Positions 41,308-50,655 of a DNA stretch of 64,000 nucleotides are shown piece by piece. Under the pieces are notes generated by a model. That model ran no database searches. It saw only the letters and a program-made list of their open reading frames with translations, and had not been told where the DNA came from. This stretch comes from Minisyncoccota bacterium. GTDB taxonomy: Bacteria; Patescibacteriota; Minisyncoccia; Moranbacterales; UBA1568. The translations under genes were made by a program, and so were the position numbers. The stretch spans positions 91,296 through 155,295 of the forward strand of contig JBPPMJ010000006.1 of NCBI GenBank assembly GCA_051306005.1, in the 5' to 3' direction. Each line of letters begins with the position of its first letter. Position 1 is the first letter of the stretch.

Positions 41308-43227
41308 TCATTTATTCAGTATCTCTTGAGGGGAGAGATAATAGATGAAGATGGAGTCGCCGGCACGGGTGATTGGTGTAATATTTTGAAGCCAAGAATA
41401 ATCTTGCGTACCGATCGGTTTTGATTTATAAAGACTTTCTTGATAAAAGAATGAGGAAATAGCATACCATCCTGGTTCTGGCTCTCGCTTGTCCCACCAA
41501 GAAATGAATGTATCATGTAAATAATATGCTGGATCACTTCCACCAAAATAATCAACTCGGATATGTTCAATCAAGGGATAGTTTTGAGTTAATGCACATT
41601 GTTTGATTTCATTTGAATATGCTGTTCCTGTTTTGCAACGATTGTGCCGTTCGACAAAGACCGAGAGATTTTTCAAGTCTTGCCCCCAGTCATAATTAGA
41701 ATCTGTGACATAACGATAGCCATTTTTTGATCCGCCAACGATGGGATTGAAATAGGAAAGATAACCCGGATATGTAAGAATAGGAATGGAGACGATAATA
41801 AAGACAATACCTCCGAGGATCCATGTAAGAACGGTATGTGTTGTAGGGTTATTTTGTTGACGTTTCAGAAAATCTAAAGTGGTCTTGGCGATGAGCATGT
41901 AGAGAAAAGGGAAAAATGGAAAGAGATGGCGAATGCCTATGGTGAGATTGCCAGTTATGCTGATGAAACCATAGAAAAGAATAAAGAAACAAATGAGATA
42001 CTGTGGAGTTTTGTCTTGTAATGATTGTCCAAAAAAATGTAGAGGACGAGTCAAAAGAGTGTTGGATTTCATGAAAAGCACTTTACTAATACGTGTTATC
42101 GTATAGCCTAGGGTGAAAAAAAGAAGAAATAAGAATGGCAACGTGCTTTTGAGTATGAAAACAACAGGGAAGTACCAAGGGGATGACTCCATAGAAACCG
42201 TACCTAAAAAGTAATGTGGATTACCACTGGCAACACGAGCAAAAACCATAAAGACACCTAACAAATATTCGCTGAAAGGTTTCAGTAAGACGCTATGGCT
42301 AGTCCAGATAACAAGGGCATTGGCTTTTTGTGCAAAAATATTGTTTTGCCCAAGATACAGGTGAGCGGCTTTTGTAAGTTGTTCTGCTGGCATATGAAAA
42401 GTATTGATTGCATAGAGCAACCAGATGAGGGTGAAACAGATGATGAGGCTTCCGATAAAGGCAGAAAGATAACGGACTATGATGCTGAAACGTTGTCGAA
42501 TCTTTGATGTATCTGTGCGTAGAGGAACAGTGACAGCATACAAGAGTGTGAATAATCCAAAGAGGGGCAATAAGAGGGCAGCAGATGATTTCGTTAACTC
42601 TGCGATGCCTAAAAATATTCCGGCAAAGACAATATTTTGTGCTTGTGGGTGTTGCAGAAATCGTATAAAAAAATAGCAGGCGAAAAAAATGGTGGCTGCA
42701 ATACCGATATCAGTGGTTACATAATGATTGTGCGCCAGAATATTGGGATCGGCGGCGTATAGCGTGACCGCGAACAATCCCGCGAGTGTTCCGCCGAGCT
42801 CTTTGGTCCAGATAAAGATGCCCAGTCCGAGAAGGAGGGAGAGTAGGATGATGGGCAGGCGCGACCAGAAGAGGATGGCATCGGCATCGTTGCAGGCGAT
42901 GTCTGGCTTGGTGCAGTTGATAAACATGTCTCCAATCGCCCATTGCTCATTGGTACCAGATTGCCATTCCTCAGAATCTAGTGGGAACGTCGGTTGAAAA
43001 GCGAGGAGCGGGAGACCCGCGAGATCCTTGAGGAGTGGTGGATGTTCCGGGTTGAGACGCATATCACCATAACGGACATAGCTATAGGCCGCGGGGATAT
43101 GGGCCTTTTCATCATAAATCGCTGACTCTTGACTGGAAACGGAAAGCGAGACGAGGAAGTGAACGAGGAGGATGCCAGCGACAATGAAGTTCGCATGTTT
43201 TTTGAGCAATTTCATAGAATGATACAA
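41308..43227 (-). CDS. GT-C fold glycosyltransferase (GT39/PMT-ArnT-like)
   Basis: IYDEKAH acidic motif in first loop, NPEHPPL, many TMs, IGIRHLFP, DSNYDWGQDL. Confidence 0.85.
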   Translation of the reverse strand: MYHSMKLLKKHANFIVAGILLVHFLVSLSVSSQESAIYDEKAHIPAAYSYVRYGDMRLNPEHPPLLKDLAGLPLLAFQPTFPLDSEEWQSGTNEQWAIGDMFINCTKPDIACNDADAILFWSRLPIILLSLLLGLGIFIWTKELGGTLAGLFAVTLYAADPNILAHNHYVTTDIGIAATIFFACYFFIRFLQHPQAQNIVFAGIFLGIAELTKSSAALLLPLFGLFTLLYAVTVPLRTDTSKIRQRFSIIVRYLSAFIGSLIICFTLIWLLYAINTFHMPAEQLTKAAHLYLGQNNIFAQKANALVIWTSHSVLLKPFSEYLLGVFMVFARVASGNPHYFLGTVSMESSPWYFPVVFILKSTLPFLFLLFFTLGYTITRISKVLFMKSNTLLTRPLHFFGQSLQDKTPQYLICFFILFYGFISITGNLTIGIRHLFPFFPFLYMLIAKTTLDFLKRQQNNPTTHTVLTWILGGIVFIIVSIPILTYPGYLSYFNPIVGGSKNGYRYVTDSNYDWGQDLKNLSVFVERHNRCKTGTAYSNEIKQCALTQNYPLIEHIRVDYFGGSDPAYYLHDTFISWWDKREPEPGWYAISSFFYQESLYKSKPIGTQDYSWLQNITPITRAGDSIFIYYLSPQEILNK

Positions 43228-43243
43228 TGATTAAGCATAGTGT

Positions 43244-44860
43244 TTATTTTTTTCGCTCTGGTAGAATGATAACATCAAAATCTCCACCAGCACGTTGTGA
43301 TCCATTCATATCGATATGTTCAACGAAAGTGTTTGGGTAGAGATCTTGGAATTTTTTTGCTAATGTTTCATTGTAATGGAGCATCAAAAGTACACCAGGT
43401 CCCTGAAATGTCGTATCGCCATTGATGATATGAAGATTGGCAACACGATGGTACGTGAGAAAATAGACCGGATGTGCAAAGACGGGCAAATGAAACCGGT
43501 TCGCATTGCCTTGCTCATCGATGAGAATATATTTTTGTGTTTCGTTAGGCAAAGTGAGGAGGTATCGTCCCATGTTGGTGTAGTTTTCATTGAATGCACT
43601 TCCTGCTGCTGGACTATGCGCAAAAAAGACAAAATATTTGGTGAAATTGAAAAGGGCACTGATTATGAGGATAAAGAGAAGCGTACAGAAGAGAGCTATC
43701 TTAGTATGTATTTTTGAACGTGTTGCCTGGGTGAATATCCAAAGCGCTGGAATGGTAGCAATCAAAAAGACAGGCATTTGTGTACCGATGGAACGAAGAG
43801 CATGTGGCAAGCCTTCATTGGTCAAAAACTCTGGAGCAAGCATGGTAAAAAATGAAACGATGAGAAAGGTATTGGTTACGAGACGAGCATCATGCCTTCC
43901 TTCTCTAAAACGTTTACCAAGCAGAGTGACTGTTTGCCAAATCAGAAAGAGAAAGCCTGCTAAGAAGAATGTACCAACAAAGGGATCAAGAATGGGGTAT
44001 GGAGGATAGTTGTGACGCCAATTTTGATCGCCGAAAAAATTGTATTTGATGAGCGATGTGGCGAAGGTTTTTGCGAGAGTTCCTCCTGCGTTACCGTGAT
44101 TGACTTCTGGTGAAAAGATAGAGATATGTGATGAACGTGAGGCAAAATCTTCAGGATGTGTGATAAAAAAATGAAACAGCATCGGCGATGCGGTAATGAA
44201 AGCACCAATAATAAAGCAACCTGCATGTTTCCAGAAACGTTGGAGAAAGTGTGGGTATGAGAGAAAGAGCGCGGGAAGGAGAAGAATAAGTATGAGTGGT
44301 GCAAGACGAAAAGCGACATAAGTATGTACCCCAATACCAAAAATAAGACCTGCAATAAAGAAATCTCGGAAACGTCTGGTCCGCAGACCTCGGAAAAAGA
44401 AATAAAACGAAAAAACGAGGAGAAAAGTGGTCATGATAGCACGAAAGCCAATGCGTGAGAAATTGATTGCCCAATAGGAAGTCGCTAGCATGAATCCCGC
44501 TAACAATCCCGCCATTTGGCGTTGAAAGAGTTCTCGTGCCAATAAAAAGATACCGAGGACCGAGCAGGTTCCAAAGAGTATGGACCATATTTTGAGACCT
44601 GTAATCGTGTTACCAAAGAGCGCTATGGAAATGGCCTGTAAATTGATAAAAAGACCTTCTCGTCCGAAATTGGCAGGATAAAAGATATCAAAATTTTTTG
44701 TTTCTAGAGCATGAAGTGCATCAACACCATTCGCAGCCTCGTCTGGATATATACCTGCTGGAATACTTTCAATGTGGTAGAAGCGAACGAAAAAAGCGAG
44801 ACAGAGAATAAGAAACAATACAATAATCACGATGAACCGAGTGGATTTTATGCTTGACAT
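43244..44860 (-). CDS. GT-C fold glycosyltransferase (GT39/PMT-ArnT-like)
   Basis: PAGIYPDEAANG, NFGREGLF, FSRIGFR, PHALRS; many TMs. Confidence 0.85.
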   Translation of the reverse strand: MSSIKSTRFIVIIVLFLILCLAFFVRFYHIESIPAGIYPDEAANGVDALHALETKNFDIFYPANFGREGLFINLQAISIALFGNTITGLKIWSILFGTCSVLGIFLLARELFQRQMAGLLAGFMLATSYWAINFSRIGFRAIMTTFLLVFSFYFFFRGLRTRRFRDFFIAGLIFGIGVHTYVAFRLAPLILILLLPALFLSYPHFLQRFWKHAGCFIIGAFITASPMLFHFFITHPEDFASRSSHISIFSPEVNHGNAGGTLAKTFATSLIKYNFFGDQNWRHNYPPYPILDPFVGTFFLAGFLFLIWQTVTLLGKRFREGRHDARLVTNTFLIVSFFTMLAPEFLTNEGLPHALRSIGTQMPVFLIATIPALWIFTQATRSKIHTKIALFCTLLFILIISALFNFTKYFVFFAHSPAAGSAFNENYTNMGRYLLTLPNETQKYILIDEQGNANRFHLPVFAHPVYFLTYHRVANLHIINGDTTFQGPGVLLMLHYNETLAKKFQDLYPNTFVEHIDMNGSQRAGGDFDVIILPERKK

Positions 44861-44896
44861 AGATATTTTTTATTTTTTCAATAGATTTTATTTCTA

Positions 44897-44905
44897 TGGT
44901 ATAAT
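44897..44905 (+). promoter_or_regulatory. Extended -10 promoter for the 44933-50617 module
   Basis: TGGTATAAT (TGn-TATAAT) ending 28 nt upstream of ATG 44933. Confidence 0.55.
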
Positions 44906-44932
44906 GATAGCAAATTTCTCATACAAAAGACA

Positions 44933-47284
44933 ATGTCGCGTGATAAGGACTTTTCAAGGCAATCAAAGGAAGATCTGGATCCAGATATGGAAAGATATAG
45001 TGGTTCGGGCTTGTTGTTGCCACGAAGAAATAATCGTAGAAATAAAATAAAGAGAGTTGAGGGTGCGTCGGCAGTCATTTCAACGCAACCTCTTTTGTCA
45101 GCAGAGGTTCCGCCAGTTATTATTTTTACTGATGGAGGGCCTGCCCATAATGAAGCGGTTGTTTTGTTGTCTCATGATACTCTGGAAGAGAAACAAGAAA
45201 ACAATACTGTGCCTATTGCATCATCTCCTTTGTCCGTTATGACACCAGAAGAGACTCTAATTCCTTCAGTAGAGTCAGTGTCCACTTCTTCCGTCGTAAT
45301 ACAAAAACCTCTGATAGCTGATGAGGTAGAGGAACATATACAAAAGGAACATGTGGATGGTTCTCAGTCACTAGTCATGGAATTGTCCGAGCCCATCCCT
45401 GATGTATCGGTACCTGTATTGCAAGATACCGTTTCCCTTCGGATTATCGAAAAAGATAAACGAGAAAAAGCGGTAGCAGAAGCTCGTAAGAAATTTGTAG
45501 AAGAGGACTATAAAAATTCTACTTTGCATAAAAAATTGGGCGCATTTTTCCGTTTTAAAAAACAAGAAATGGAGGAGCATGTTGATGTGCAATATTGGAA
45601 AAATGAATATAAACGTACATTGCAGAGTTTGCAAGAGATGAAATTGGAGGATATTAAAGAGCAAAAAGGCACTGGCGAGGAAACGAAAGAGGCGTTGGCT
45701 GAAACTTTGCTATTTTTCAAACATGAAGCATTGCGCTTGTATCAAGAATACACTCAAGTACGCGAACAACATGCTGGCTGGATAGGCAAGGTTGCCAACA
45801 TGACGACAAAAATCGGAACGGGATACAATCAGCTTTCTTTTCAGCAGAAAATGTTGCTTTCAGGTGCTTTGTTGATTGGTGGTGTGGCAACTGGAGGTAT
45901 GTCAATAGTAGCCAAAAGAATGTTAGCGGGGACAGGAAGTTTTGTGGGCATAGAGGGCGCTTTGCAAAAATGGTTTGATGCTAGAGAAGTGAAACGAGTA
46001 GATAATGATATTCAGACACGGATGCAGGCGGAGCAACATTCGTTTGTGGATGGGGGAAACGCTACTCTCCAGTATGAAACACTACGTCATGTTACCCATA
46101 CCGCTATTGAAGAATTAGATACAAGACTACAGCAGAAAAAATGGGAAAATATGTTGCGAAAAACCATAGCAACAGGTATAGCGGTTGGGATTGGTTCGGG
46201 TATGTTCTCTCATATGGTGACGGGGTATCTACATGGTACTGAGACAGTGTCAGAATTGGGGCGTCCGGTAGGCAACGTACTGATGGGACAGACAGATACG
46301 ATGCTGGATATTGTTGATCATCAGGCATCACCATTGATGGTTACTTCAGATGGTATGCAAATTCCATGGGATGGGACTGACATTGACAGAACACTTTCAT
46401 CACAAGATGCCTTGAAGGTACAGACTCAAAAAATGTTGGACGTTTTGGAAAAGCATACTCCGCATGATGTATTGAGTGCTCATCAAATTCCATCAGCATC
46501 GAATCATTTGGAAGAGATTATGCCAAAAGTTTCGCTTTCTACTTTGTTGCAAGACTATGTATTGACGCGCGCGGATGGATCCCGTGGGCTGTGGGGCATC
46601 ATTGATGCTCAGTTGCCGACAGAATTGGCACGGGAAGAACGTCACGCAATCATCCAAAAAATAGAAAATGTGATTGCGGAACGTTTACAAGATATGTCTC
46701 CAGAGGAACGAAAATTGGCCGGTTTTCCGACCGGTAACATCAATCAAATATATGCTGATGATACGCTACGACTCGGTACATTGCTTACGGAAAACGATAT
46801 CCATGCTATTGTGAGAGAATCTGCTTCTTTTCCATCTGATTCTGTACTTTCTGTTGGAGCGGAAGCGGGTTTGACAGGAGGTGTCATAACTGATCCTCCG
46901 CTTATGGATTTGGATATTCGTCTTGATCGGGATATTCATCTGGGGAAAGCCTATGACATTCAGGCATACAAAGAGTATCTTGTGAAACATCCGGAAGATT
47001 TTCCGGTTTTCAAAAAAATGAGTGCCGAATATGTGGACTTTATCTTTCAAGGTAATATGCAAGAGATGGGTCGGATGGGTAGTTTGACGTTACATGAACT
47101 TACTCCGACAGATATACAACAAACAAAATTAGCAGAATTTTTCCGCTTATCACGTGAAGCTTTTGGTCCAAAGTTGGGTTTGCCGGGAAAACAAGAAAAA
47201 ATGTATGAATATATGATGCGTATGGCAATGCTTGGTATCGAACATCCAACAGGGAAACGTGTGTTTATCCCCAAGTGGATGTAA
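44933..47284 (+). CDS. Large hypothetical protein: disordered N-terminus, coiled coils, Gly-rich hydrophobic helices, degenerate LysM-like domain
   Basis: LLSGALLIGGVATGG and IATGIAVGIGSG hydrophobic segments; YVLTRADGSRGLWGII...NINQIYADDTLRL resembles a LysM with insertion. Confidence 0.7.
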   Translation: MSRDKDFSRQSKEDLDPDMERYSGSGLLLPRRNNRRNKIKRVEGASAVISTQPLLSAEVPPVIIFTDGGPAHNEAVVLLSHDTLEEKQENNTVPIASSPLSVMTPEETLIPSVESVSTSSVVIQKPLIADEVEEHIQKEHVDGSQSLVMELSEPIPDVSVPVLQDTVSLRIIEKDKREKAVAEARKKFVEEDYKNSTLHKKLGAFFRFKKQEMEEHVDVQYWKNEYKRTLQSLQEMKLEDIKEQKGTGEETKEALAETLLFFKHEALRLYQEYTQVREQHAGWIGKVANMTTKIGTGYNQLSFQQKMLLSGALLIGGVATGGMSIVAKRMLAGTGSFVGIEGALQKWFDAREVKRVDNDIQTRMQAEQHSFVDGGNATLQYETLRHVTHTAIEELDTRLQQKKWENMLRKTIATGIAVGIGSGMFSHMVTGYLHGTETVSELGRPVGNVLMGQTDTMLDIVDHQASPLMVTSDGMQIPWDGTDIDRTLSSQDALKVQTQKMLDVLEKHTPHDVLSAHQIPSASNHLEEIMPKVSLSTLLQDYVLTRADGSRGLWGIIDAQLPTELAREERHAIIQKIENVIAERLQDMSPEERKLAGFPTGNINQIYADDTLRLGTLLTENDIHAIVRESASFPSDSVLSVGAEAGLTGGVITDPPLMDLDIRLDRDIHLGKAYDIQAYKEYLVKHPEDFPVFKKMSAEYVDFIFQGNMQEMGRMGSLTLHELTPTDIQQTKLAEFFRLSREAFGPKLGLPGKQEKMYEYMMRMAMLGIEHPTGKRVFIPKWM

Positions 47285-47307
47285 TAATATTGATAATAAA
47301 AATATAT

Positions 47308-47616
47308 ATGCCATTTGAATATGATAGTATCAAGCGTGAACTGATTCAAGACCTTCATTTGGATGTCTTCACTCCAGAACATCAAGAGGAGCTGTTATCC
47401 ATCATGGGTGAAGTGTTGCTCAAGCGTATTTTTTTGGAAACAATGGAGAAGATAGGAGGCACGGGAGTAGCGGAATATGAGAAATTGTTGGATGCTCTTG
47501 CTGGACAAGATCAAATAGACAACTTCTTCGAGCAAAAAATTCCAGGCTATCCTGTTTTTGTACGCAGTATCGTAGATGCTTTCAAAGAAGAAATGTCACA
47601 GGATAAAATGATGTGA
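47308..47616 (+). CDS. Small acidic helical protein (DUF5663-like)
   Basis: EHQEELLSIMGEVLLKRIFLE...FFEQKIPGY pattern recalled from a CPR family; about 102 aa. Confidence 0.65.
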   Translation: MPFEYDSIKRELIQDLHLDVFTPEHQEELLSIMGEVLLKRIFLETMEKIGGTGVAEYEKLLDALAGQDQIDNFFEQKIPGYPVFVRSIVDAFKEEMSQDKMM

Positions 47617-47643
47617 TTATAAACATTAGCATACGAAACGGGT

Positions 47644-48069
47644 ATGGAAGAAACTCTCATTCCTGAAACAGGAAAAGAAAAACAGGGTGTTGATGCATTG
47701 TTGACATCTCAGGATGAAGCGCCGGCATCATTGAAATCTGGTGAATTGCCCGTGTCTCCCGAAAAGGATTCGGAACAATCTGTAGGGGAAAAACTGGACG
47801 CGTTGTTACATCAAGTGGTAACACCGACCACCCATACTGCATCGATATCTGTCGATGTACAGACGGACGCACAGAATATCGATATGTTGTTGGATGAGGA
47901 GAGTAAAGTACGTCAGTTGGTAGATATGGCTGTGGTCAAAGGAGTCGTCCACGCGGTCGCCGTGGCTAGGAAAATGAATGATTATTATGTGCTGGACAAG
48001 ATGCATGATGAGCTGGTGGACAAACTTTATGACAATCTGCTGACTCAAGGGTTGATTCATAAAGATTAA
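47644..48069 (+). CDS. Hypothetical acidic protein
   Basis: Disordered N-half, helical C-terminus KGVVHAVAVARKMNDYYVLDKMHDELVD. Confidence 0.7.
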   Translation: MEETLIPETGKEKQGVDALLTSQDEAPASLKSGELPVSPEKDSEQSVGEKLDALLHQVVTPTTHTASISVDVQTDAQNIDMLLDEESKVRQLVDMAVVKGVVHAVAVARKMNDYYVLDKMHDELVDKLYDNLLTQGLIHKD

Positions 48070-48127
48070 ATGCGAGATTTCATTATTGTTCGGAGAAGAA
48101 CTTTATATTATTATTGATACTATCGTC

Positions 48128-50617
48128 ATGAACGGTTTTGATCTCAATGTCTTTTTTGAACCAATCCTCATTTTTTTTGCCGGCGTTGCTCTTGTGAGTG
48201 GAGGTTTTTTGGTGTTACGCAGTTTTTTGCGTTTTCGGTATCAAGTCAATCAATCCATCAATATGGATTTGGAAATGGTTCGCGTCATTCGAAAACAGAA
48301 GCCTGAAGGTGGAAATCAGGGTGCCGAGGCATGGAAGGAGGAAATATTGGCGATGGAACAACTTTTGTCTTCACTGACCACGTTGAAAGTAAAAGGGAGT
48401 ATCATTAAACGTCTTTTTTTTGATACCCCTACAATGGTGCTTGAAATTGCCAATCCTTCTTCTAGTGAAGAAATTTTCTTTTACCTGTCTTTTCCGAAAC
48501 GTTTTCGAGAAAGTGCTGAAAAACAGATACATAGCTTCTTTCCTCAAGCTGTAATTGAAAAGGTATCTGATTATACTATTTTTTCCCCAGATAATGTGAC
48601 GGCAGTTTCTGTCTTGGAATTAACACATCAACAACCATTGCCACTTCGCACTTATCGTACCGTGGATATTGATCCGCTCAATGAAATTTCTAATGCTTTG
48701 AGCAAACTTAAGACAGTTGAAGAGGGAGCCGCTATCCAGATTCTTTTAACAGGATCTGGATCGCACTGGCGTAAAGAGGGAAAAATAATCGCGCAAAAAA
48801 TGCAATCTGGTAAACGTCTGAAGGATGCTACCGGACATTCTTTGATACGAGAATTAAGTACATCAGTGGGTAAGGAGGTCATCAGTATGACAGTGAATGC
48901 ACGCAAAACGAAAGGAACTGAAGATTTAAAACCGGTCGTTTTGACTCCGGAAGAACAGGAGTTGGTGAAAGCCATTGATAGTAAGGCTCACAAAGGGGCG
49001 TTTCGTGCCAATATTCGTCTCGTTGCTTCCGGTGAAACAGCGGAGCGAGCAGCGGATATCCTAGCACATATGGAAAATGCTTTTGGCCAGTTTGAAAATC
49101 AGGATGTGAACAGTTTTCGTGTCAAAAAACGCATACATCAAAAACAGAGCGTCTATGATTATATTTTTCGTAACTTTGATGATGAGACCGCTATGATTCT
49201 TTCAGTGGAAGAATTAGCCAGTATTTTTCATTTCCCTATTTCTACAACTGAGACCCCAAAAATTAAATGGCTGAAATCTGGAGCAGCCGCGCCACCAGTC
49301 AATATTCCTAGGGAAGGTATTTTGTTGGGCATAAATGATTATCGTGGTATTAAGACGGAGATTCGTATTACAGATAATGATCGTCGACGTCATATGTATG
49401 TCATTGGACAGACTGGCGTCGGTAAATCAAATTATCTCCAAGAAATGGCTAAGAAGGATGCACGATCAGGAAAGGGTTTTTGTTTTATTGATCCACATGG
49501 TGATGCTATTGAGGATATTTTGACAGCTATTCCGAAAGAACGGGCTGAAGATGTCATTATTTTTGATCCGGCCGATGTTGATCGTCCTATTGGTATCAAT
49601 ATGTTGGAATATGATCCAGCGCATCCAGAACAAAAAACATTCGTTATCAACGAGATGATTGGTATTTTTGACCAATTGTATGACATGAAGGCAACTGGAG
49701 GCCCGATGTTTGAACAATATATGCGTAATGCCATGCTCTTGATTATGGAGCATCCAGAGAGTGGTTCGACACTTATGGAAATTCCTAAGGTGTTGGCCGA
49801 CGAAGAATTCCGTCGATATAAGCTTGCGCATTGTACCAATCCTATTGTGCGTGATTTTTGGTTAAAAGAAGCGGAAAAAGCTGGCGGTGAGGCTTCATTG
49901 GCAAATATGGTACCGTATATCACGTCCAAGCTGACAACTTTCATTTCCAATGATATGATGCGCCCGATTATTGCTCAGCAAAAGAGTGCGATCAATTTTC
50001 GTGAATGTATGGATAGCAAGAAAATCATTTTAGTGAATCTTTCCAAAGGAAAAATCGGAGAAATTAATGCCCGGCTTTTAGGTATGGTGATTGTTGGAAA
50101 GATTTTGATGGCAGCTCTGTCCCGTGTGGATACGGCCGAAGAAAAACGTAATGACTTTTATCTTTATTTGGATGAATTCCAAAACGTTACCACGACATCT
50201 ATTGCGCAAATCTTGTCGGAAGCGCGTAAATATCGCCTTGTTTTGATTCTGGCGCATCAGTTTATTGGTCAGCTCAAGGAAGAGATTTCTAAAGCAGTCT
50301 TTGGCAACGTCGGATCGCTGACAGCGTTTCGGGTAGGGCCAGAGGATGCTGAATTTTTAGAAAAGCAATTTGCGCCCATTTTTTCTGCTAATGATTTGAT
50401 GAATGTGGATAATTATCAGTGTTTCGTCCGGCTCTTGATGAACAATGAGCTCACTAAGCCATTTAATTTGAGGACATATCCGCCGACACACGGAGATCAG
50501 GCAGTCTCAAATGCTCTCAAAGAATTGTCTCGTCTACGCTATGGGCGTGATGCTACGATTGTAAATCGCGAAATTATGAGTCGTATTCAGCTCGCTGAAA
50601 GTACAGTCGGTAGGTAA
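48128..50617 (+). CDS. Membrane-anchored VirD4/TraD/HerA(DUF87)-like ATPase
   Basis: N-terminal TM; DRRRHMYVIGQTGVGKS (Walker A), FIDPHGD, YLYLDEFQN (Walker B), LSEARKY, LAHQ, FRVGPEDA. Confidence 0.9.
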   Translation: MNGFDLNVFFEPILIFFAGVALVSGGFLVLRSFLRFRYQVNQSINMDLEMVRVIRKQKPEGGNQGAEAWKEEILAMEQLLSSLTTLKVKGSIIKRLFFDTPTMVLEIANPSSSEEIFFYLSFPKRFRESAEKQIHSFFPQAVIEKVSDYTIFSPDNVTAVSVLELTHQQPLPLRTYRTVDIDPLNEISNALSKLKTVEEGAAIQILLTGSGSHWRKEGKIIAQKMQSGKRLKDATGHSLIRELSTSVGKEVISMTVNARKTKGTEDLKPVVLTPEEQELVKAIDSKAHKGAFRANIRLVASGETAERAADILAHMENAFGQFENQDVNSFRVKKRIHQKQSVYDYIFRNFDDETAMILSVEELASIFHFPISTTETPKIKWLKSGAAAPPVNIPREGILLGINDYRGIKTEIRITDNDRRRHMYVIGQTGVGKSNYLQEMAKKDARSGKGFCFIDPHGDAIEDILTAIPKERAEDVIIFDPADVDRPIGINMLEYDPAHPEQKTFVINEMIGIFDQLYDMKATGGPMFEQYMRNAMLLIMEHPESGSTLMEIPKVLADEEFRRYKLAHCTNPIVRDFWLKEAEKAGGEASLANMVPYITSKLTTFISNDMMRPIIAQQKSAINFRECMDSKKIILVNLSKGKIGEINARLLGMVIVGKILMAALSRVDTAEEKRNDFYLYLDEFQNVTTTSIAQILSEARKYRLVLILAHQFIGQLKEEISKAVFGNVGSLTAFRVGPEDAEFLEKQFAPIFSANDLMNVDNYQCFVRLLMNNELTKPFNLRTYPPTHGDQAVSNALKELSRLRYGRDATIVNREIMSRIQLAESTVGR

Positions 50618-50655
50618 CTATTCTTGATATGCCACATCAGTCAGACGTAAGCCTC

